In this document: in pieces, positions 58,609-64,000 of the stretch
Layout of the letters: the number at the start of each line of letters is the position of its first letter
How positions within the stretch are numbered: the first letter of the stretch is position 1
From: an uncultured Patescibacteria group bacterium
Lineage (GTDB): Bacteria > Patescibacteriota > Microgenomatia > UBA1400 > PJMF01
Assembly: GCA_905478415.1 (NCBI GenBank)
Contig: CAJQIG010000002.1
Span: 5,573 to 69,572, forward strand
Length of the DNA stretch: 64,000 nucleotides
Reading direction: 5' to 3'
Position numbers and translations under genes: made by a program
The notes under the pieces: model-generated
Told to the model about the DNA's origin: nothing
Database searches by the model: none
Seen by the model: the letters and a program-made list of their open reading frames with translations, nothing else

Positions 58609-58696
58609 ATGCTCATTCTACTATACCAAACTAGATCTTTCCACACCACGATTAAGCGTGTTACTTTTGTCAAAATTCTTGATATAATAACTCCAT

Positions 58697-60310
58697 ATGG
58701 CTAAGCGAGCTCTCTTGATGCTAGCAGTACTGTTTGTGTTCCTTTTCGGGGGCCGAGCTTCTGTCGCACATGCTCAAGGAGCACCAGCAGAAAGTCCTTT
58801 TAGTCCGCAATACGACGCCAACCTCATTGATTCTTACCGAGAAGCTATCACTAACTGTGGAACTCCTTCTTTAGAATGTCTTGTTCACCACGTCTTTAAG
58901 TATGTACAAATTGAAACAGCTGGCACCGTCTACCAAGGAACTCCTCCAAGCAGTGCCGGGGCCCAATCTGCTGAAGCTCCAGCAACTAATAGTGTTGCTG
59001 GCGGCCTGATGTACTTAATCGGCCAAATGTATGCTTCACCTCCAGCCAGTACTGCCACCTATGTAGCTGATGTTATGAACAGCGCTCACATTGCTACCCC
59101 AGCCTATGCACAAGGACTTGGGTTTGCCGCCCTAGATCCCATTTTAGCTCTCTGGAAAACATTTAGAAATATCGCGTACCTCTTCTTTGTGATTATCTTT
59201 ATTGTCATTGGTTTCATGATTATGTTCCGGAATAAGGTTAACGGGGCTGATATTACGGCGCAACAAGCAATCCCAAGTATCATTGTTTCGCTTATCTTTG
59301 TTACGTTTTCATACGCTATTGCCGGATTTATGATCGACCTGATGTATTTAACAATGTTCCTTATGGTGGGACTGTTCGACACAACCATGACCAATGGTGG
59401 TCAAATTATTGATTACAACATTCTCCAGATTGGAGCCATGCTCTTTAGCGGAGTGGGAACATCCTTTAGTAATAACATTGATATCGTCACTAACATGTTA
59501 GCAGGGTTAGTCAGCGCCGAAAACTTTGGAACTGATCTGTTGGGTGTAATCGGTGGCGTTACTCTTTCGTTAGTGTTAGCTGTAGCTGTTATTATTGGAA
59601 CCTTTAAACTTTTCTTCGAACTCCTGAAAAGTTATGCCAATGTAATTGTCAGTACCGTTATCGCCCCAATTACCCTAATGATGGGTGCTATCCCTGGTAA
59701 AAACGTCTTCACTCCTTGGGTCCGAAACTTAGCAGGGAACCTGGCAGCCTTCCCCGCCGTTCTCTTCGTCGTCATTTTATATAACCAGTTTACAGAACTT
59801 GGCAGTGGAACAAATGGTGGCTTTATGCCTCCTTTTTTACTTGGCCGAGGCCAAGATGGCGCTATTGCTTCCTTAATGGGATTAGCCCTAATTTTAGCTT
59901 TGCCAGAAATTGTGAAAGAGATTAAAACTGCCGTTGGCGCTACTGAGGGTATTGGAACGAAGATTTGGGGATGGGCTTCAGCTCGAGCTAAAGAATCTCC
60001 AAGATATGGATTCCCTGTCTATGGTGCTGCAGCTGGGGGAGCCTATGGAGCTGCAAAAGGATTTATGCAAGGAGATGGCCTTACAGATCGATTATCAAAA
60101 GCGGGAGCTGGAATGAAAAGCCATGGTAGAAGAGGTTTCACCAAGGGACAAGATGCTGCTAAACAAACAGAACAAATCATGGAAGGAAAATTCTTTGACC
60201 CTAATAGCTGGGAGAATGCTCTTTTGAAACGAGAGCGAGCAGCTCAAGAAAAGGAAAGAGCAGAAGAACTACTCAAGAAAAAGCAAAATAAAGATAAAGA
60301 CCCAGGCTAG
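58697..60310 (+). CDS. VirB6/TrbL-like polytopic membrane protein (T4SS inner-membrane channel candidate)
   Basis: Signal peptide, a ~150-aa extracytoplasmic domain, about six TM helices and a long charged cytoplasmic tail. This is VirB6/TcpH-type architecture. Confidence 0.4.
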   Translation: MAKRALLMLAVLFVFLFGGRASVAHAQGAPAESPFSPQYDANLIDSYREAITNCGTPSLECLVHHVFKYVQIETAGTVYQGTPPSSAGAQSAEAPATNSVAGGLMYLIGQMYASPPASTATYVADVMNSAHIATPAYAQGLGFAALDPILALWKTFRNIAYLFFVIIFIVIGFMIMFRNKVNGADITAQQAIPSIIVSLIFVTFSYAIAGFMIDLMYLTMFLMVGLFDTTMTNGGQIIDYNILQIGAMLFSGVGTSFSNNIDIVTNMLAGLVSAENFGTDLLGVIGGVTLSLVLAVAVIIGTFKLFFELLKSYANVIVSTVIAPITLMMGAIPGKNVFTPWVRNLAGNLAAFPAVLFVVILYNQFTELGSGTNGGFMPPFLLGRGQDGAIASLMGLALILALPEIVKEIKTAVGATEGIGTKIWGWASARAKESPRYGFPVYGAAAGGAYGAAKGFMQGDGLTDRLSKAGAGMKSHGRRGFTKGQDAAKQTEQIMEGKFFDPNSWENALLKRERAAQEKERAEELLKKKQNKDKDPG

Positions 60311-60397
60311 TTATTAGCACTAGGTATTTTCACACTACTATAGAAAATATATTGATATTATTATTTTTTTGAACAAGAAATTGTAAAAAAGCAGGAT

Positions 60398-63300
60398 CTA
60401 GCTACCCTTAGTAGTATCTCTATCAACGTGCTTATACTCCCAAGGAGCTCTGACTCCTACTTGAGCACCATCAAGCTTTTTACCTACTCCACCAGGAAGA
60501 ATTCTTGCAACCTTGACTCCAGGTCTTTTTGATGCAGCTGTCTTAAACAAGTACAACTTCTTTTTATATGCTGCTTCAAGCAACAATCTTTTTTTATCAA
60601 TCATTGAACTAATTCTCTTGTCTGGCAATCCTTTAAATGACTCTAAATCAATATATTCTTCTGTGTTTTCAGGGTTGTCTTCATCAGGTTCTGCAATCTC
60701 TGCATACTTAAAAACCTTATCAATGGAGGCTTGGTCCCATTCTAGATAGAGAAGAACTTGTTCTTTAACAAACTTTGGAACACCACCAGCTCCCAATAGT
60801 TCCTTAACAAATTCTCTTCTTAATTCATCCACTTCCCACTTATCATCGCTTGCTGTAAATGAGTTCATTAAACGATATATTTTTCGCATAGTCATAGGTG
60901 CAAATAAAAGTTGGTGTTTCCCTGGAATAAGTTTTGCTTTTCCAACTACCGAAGAAAGCCAGCCTCTAAAGTCTTCAATTAAAACTTCTTTATCATGCTC
61001 CCACTCGGGTTTTTCTCTAAATGTTGAGAACATCTTATCTGTAGCTTTAAAGGAAAGTTTATATTGACCTTGGTCAATTTGAGATAGTTTTTTTATTCCT
61101 AAGTCATCATATTTTTTACCATAGCCCATGTTTATAAAGTGTTTGGCGAATTCAGCTTTTTGAGCTTCAGTTGCATTTGGATTATCTTCTTCAAATTTTC
61201 TTTTAGCATCTTCAACTCGAATAATATTAACAGACACTTCCCCTGGCATTGGCAACCAATTTTCATTTACATTTAATGAGTCATCATCCCAACGACCACC
61301 ATCCCCCATTGTTCCTGCGGTCGTCATCCTTCTAACATCTGTTACCCACTTGGGAATCTCTCCCCATTTAGCTTTTCTATAACTTTCAACAACTTCCCAT
61401 AATTCTCTCGTTCCATCTCTCTTCTGTCTATGATCAATTAATGAAGTAGCTGTATGCTCATCCATAAACAATAAGTCTTCGGCTGTGGCATTAGCTGCAA
61501 CAAATGCATATCTTATTCTGGAGTATGAGCCAGCTGCAAAAGGGGCCGCCGCAAAAAGCTCGTCACTAAAGGGTTTGTCACCAAGTAAAGCTGAAGTTCC
61601 TCCATGAGCTCTGGTTGTACCAGCAAGCAACCAGGGAACATATCCAGATGATTTAACAGCCATGTTCTGTGCATATTTCACCATTTCTCTGAGTTTATCT
61701 TCATTTAATGAATCAAATTCTATCTTTAAGTGAGCAATAAAATCACCAACTGCGTCCTCACTTAAGTGGTTATAGTCAAATTCCTCATTAAATTCTTTTT
61801 TTTCTTCCTTAGACCACTGGTCATATGGCTTTGTTCGATCATATTTTGAATCAATCTCTTCAGTAGTTGGAAGATACAGCCCAGCACGTTCTCGTTCATC
61901 CTTAGTTGCAAATTTTCCCTTAATTCTAACTAAAATATAATCATATACACGAATCATATGAGTATCAATTTCAGCCTTATTCATATCCTCATTTTCAACT
62001 TTAAGATTTTCACTTTCTTCCATGAGGATAGAATCACGTTCGGTTGCAGTTAAAACTCTCGCACCTTTTTCAGCTGTTTTGGGGTTAAGAAGTAATGCAC
62101 GAGCCATTCCCAAAAAAGAAACATATTTATCTGAAAGAGTTGGCATAATTGCATCGAAGTAGACACCAAAATCAATTTTACCTGGATCTCCAGCTACTGA
62201 TACCTCTTGAATACCAACTTGTAATCTATAAAAATTTGCTAACTTTGTATTAGCTACATCACCAATTTTATTTAAAAACTCATTTTTAAGTGAGTTAATA
62301 CGGGGGTCATGGCCAAAGATAATAGTTAATAATTCGCCCACAATTGCACGAACCTTCATTCTATTTGGATCTTCTTTTCTTGCTGGAGTTTCACTGTGAG
62401 TAATAAATCCCTGTAATCTATCAAGTATTTGATATGAAGTATCACCAAGGTCTAGAGCTCTCTTTTTTATTTGTTCTGATTTATCATTAAAGAAAGGATT
62501 TCCTTCATCAAACATTCCAAGAGCATTACAAGCATCAATAGCAGCTTGCAAATCATCAAATAATACCGTTAGCTGTTCTGAATTATAAGTGTGTCTTCTT
62601 GTTGATCGAGCGTGAGGTTCAATATCCTCTCGAGAGATCTTCTTAATTGCTTCAATTAACGGCACTATTGTAGCAACTTCAGGAATTGTTAGAAATTGTC
62701 TCGTTGCTTCTCTCTCTTGTTTGTTAGAAAAGTTATTAATTCTTTTTTCGAGTTTAATGTATCCAGAAACCAGGTTTTTTGCTTTTACTTGATACTCGGC
62801 TTCAAACACTTTTTCTTTATACAAAGGATCGAAAGCACTCTTTTTTTGATTCAATAAACGCAAGTTTTCTTCAACGTCAAATGGAAGTGTATCGTCAACT
62901 TCTGCTCTATCAAGTTCAGAAGTAATTTGTACAATTACTTGCTCTAATGCTTGTACCTCAGCAGGAGTGTTTTTTACTACTTCTAGCTTCTTTTTAAGCT
63001 CACTTGCTTTACGCTGATAGGTATCAACATAGAGTTGTTGAAGAACAAACAGATCCTCATCCTCCTGATCAAACTCCGCTTGAGCAGCAGCTATAAAACG
63101 GGTCTCTTTTTGAGACAGCTCTGTTAAAACAGTGGCAATATCTTGATATTCAACTGTTGAAGTATCAAGATCTTCGATGAAATCAACAAATGATTCTACA
63201 GCTGGAATAGCTTCTATTCTAGTAACCCAAAGTGTAGTTTTTTCTTCAAGTTCAACCTTAAATTCATCTGCTGAAATTTCCAATAGACCATGGAGCTTTT

Positions 63301-64000
63301 TATATTCTTTTTTTAGTTCTTTATCTAATGTTCGATGAAAATGAGTCTTTGCTGCTTCATAAAATTCATCTAATTCTTCGATAAGTCTTTGAGCTTGACG
63401 TTTAAAATCGGGATGATCTTGGTAATTATTTAATTGGCTAATAGCCTCATCAAGTCTAAGTACGGGAATTCTATGCTGTAATTCATGAACTCTAATTTCT
63501 AACCTTTTTAAACTTCCATCAAGAATTTCAAATTTTCTGGCGGCTTCTGGTTCATTTAGAAACAAAAATGTTGCATCGTCAAAATTTTCCCTCAAAGCTT
63601 CAACTCTTTCTAAAAGAGCTGAAATATCAGCCGCTGATTTAATTTTTGAAATATCATTGAGAATACTTCTACTTTCCAGTACGTACGAAGCATTCCAGTT
63701 TTCGAATGAGCTTTCTTCAGCTGTTTCTTCTTGAGTTTCTTCTTCTATATGAGATGCGATACTTTTTTCTGCTTCAATAAGTGCATTCTCAAAAAGGGCC
63801 TTACCACTTGCGGGTATTGAGATCTTTGCTTCTTCAAGTTCTTCAAGGCTACCACTCATAACTGCGGCTTGAATATCATCCCAAAGACCCAAAATAAAGT
63901 CTTTACCATCAATAATGCTCTGAAGCGTGCGAATTTTAGTTGTATAAGCTTCGAGATTTTTAAACTTTTCTAATGCAAGTTCTACGGCTTGTCGGTCGGA
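60398..64000 (-). CDS. Very large (>1200 aa) orphan protein; the ORF remains open to the window edge (N-terminus outside the window)
   Basis: Minus-strand frame has no stop between 60398 and 64000. The track's TTG start at 63892 is probably internal. K/E-rich, no recognisable motif, and it looks visibly AT-rich. Confidence 0.5.
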   Translation of the reverse strand, partial: SDRQAVELALEKFKNLEAYTTKIRTLQSIIDGKDFILGLWDDIQAAVMSGSLEELEEAKISIPASGKALFENALIEAEKSIASHIEEETQEETAEESSFENWNASYVLESRSILNDISKIKSAADISALLERVEALRENFDDATFLFLNEPEAARKFEILDGSLKRLEIRVHELQHRIPVLRLDEAISQLNNYQDHPDFKRQAQRLIEELDEFYEAAKTHFHRTLDKELKKEYKKLHGLLEISADEFKVELEEKTTLWVTRIEAIPAVESFVDFIEDLDTSTVEYQDIATVLTELSQKETRFIAAAQAEFDQEDEDLFVLQQLYVDTYQRKASELKKKLEVVKNTPAEVQALEQVIVQITSELDRAEVDDTLPFDVEENLRLLNQKKSAFDPLYKEKVFEAEYQVKAKNLVSGYIKLEKRINNFSNKQEREATRQFLTIPEVATIVPLIEAIKKISREDIEPHARSTRRHTYNSEQLTVLFDDLQAAIDACNALGMFDEGNPFFNDKSEQIKKRALDLGDTSYQILDRLQGFITHSETPARKEDPNRMKVRAIVGELLTIIFGHDPRINSLKNEFLNKIGDVANTKLANFYRLQVGIQEVSVAGDPGKIDFGVYFDAIMPTLSDKYVSFLGMARALLLNPKTAEKGARVLTATERDSILMEESENLKVENEDMNKAEIDTHMIRVYDYILVRIKGKFATKDERERAGLYLPTTEEIDSKYDRTKPYDQWSKEEKKEFNEEFDYNHLSEDAVGDFIAHLKIEFDSLNEDKLREMVKYAQNMAVKSSGYVPWLLAGTTRAHGGTSALLGDKPFSDELFAAAPFAAGSYSRIRYAFVAANATAEDLLFMDEHTATSLIDHRQKRDGTRELWEVVESYRKAKWGEIPKWVTDVRRMTTAGTMGDGGRWDDDSLNVNENWLPMPGEVSVNIIRVEDAKRKFEEDNPNATEAQKAEFAKHFINMGYGKKYDDLGIKKLSQIDQGQYKLSFKATDKMFSTFREKPEWEHDKEVLIEDFRGWLSSVVGKAKLIPGKHQLLFAPMTMRKIYRLMNSFTASDDKWEVDELRREFVKELLGAGGVPKFVKEQVLLYLEWDQASIDKVFKYAEIAEPDEDNPENTEEYIDLESFKGLPDKRISSMIDKKRLLLEAAYKKKLYLFKTAASKRPGVKVARILPGGVGKKLDGAQVGVRAPWEYKHVDRDTTKGS

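Noticed and set aside
1-64000. Searched for integrase, transposase, relaxase or IS terminal inverted repeats to define a mobile element around the T4SS-like genes
   Set aside because: No tyrosine or serine recombinase, DDE transposase or HUH-relaxase motifs were recognised in any frame within the window. Mobility of the loci therefore remains unsupported here.

Overview
This window looks like a compact, gene-dense chromosome segment from a small-genome, monoderm-type bacterium. Sortase LPXTG substrates, an Lgt, a complete mevalonate pathway and T4SS-like genes are most consistent with a Saccharibacteria/CPR-like organism; that assignment is inference only. Content in order: the 3' part of pgk; a tandem triad of paralogous, modular, cysteine-rich, PT-linker, LPXTG-anchored surface proteins (1056-7040); a class-A beta-lactamase-like serine hydrolase; an orphan radical SAM enzyme followed by a terminator and a minus-strand tRNA with anticodon UAU; a MacAB-type efflux trio (HlyD adaptor, ABC ATPase, FtsX-like permease); a 345-bp direct-repeat duplication of a small membrane-protein gene that brackets an inserted opposite-strand ORF; an AT-rich 1066-aa orphan protein directly downstream of a VirB4/TrbE-like T4SS ATPase with a Pro-rich protein just upstream; housekeeping genes (DUF192, lgt, GH3 hexosaminidase, MFS, pth, GT2, GT28, ATP-dependent DNA ligase, Fic, AlbA_2-type regulator, NAD(P)HX dehydratase, recF, SpoIID-like); and a complete mevalonate-pathway operon (idi, HMGR, HMGS, archaeal-type thiolase plus DUF35, MVK, PMK, MVD, Nudix, uppS). 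The standout structure is 49801-64000: nine tandem paralogous small two-TM VirB2/TrbC-like pilin genes (two more paralogs at 38246-40083), a 1122-aa secreted bifunctional cell-wall hydrolase (GH-A-like N-domain plus VirB1/SLT-like lytic transglycosylase C-domain), a VirB6/TrbL-like polytopic membrane protein and a >1200-aa orphan protein. An ECF sigma and anti-sigma pair sits divergently upstream of the array. Together with the VirB4-like locus this looks like a T4SS-/pilus-like apparatus with a greatly expanded and diversified pilin repertoire. All calls are from reading the sequence and ORF translations; no database searches were run.
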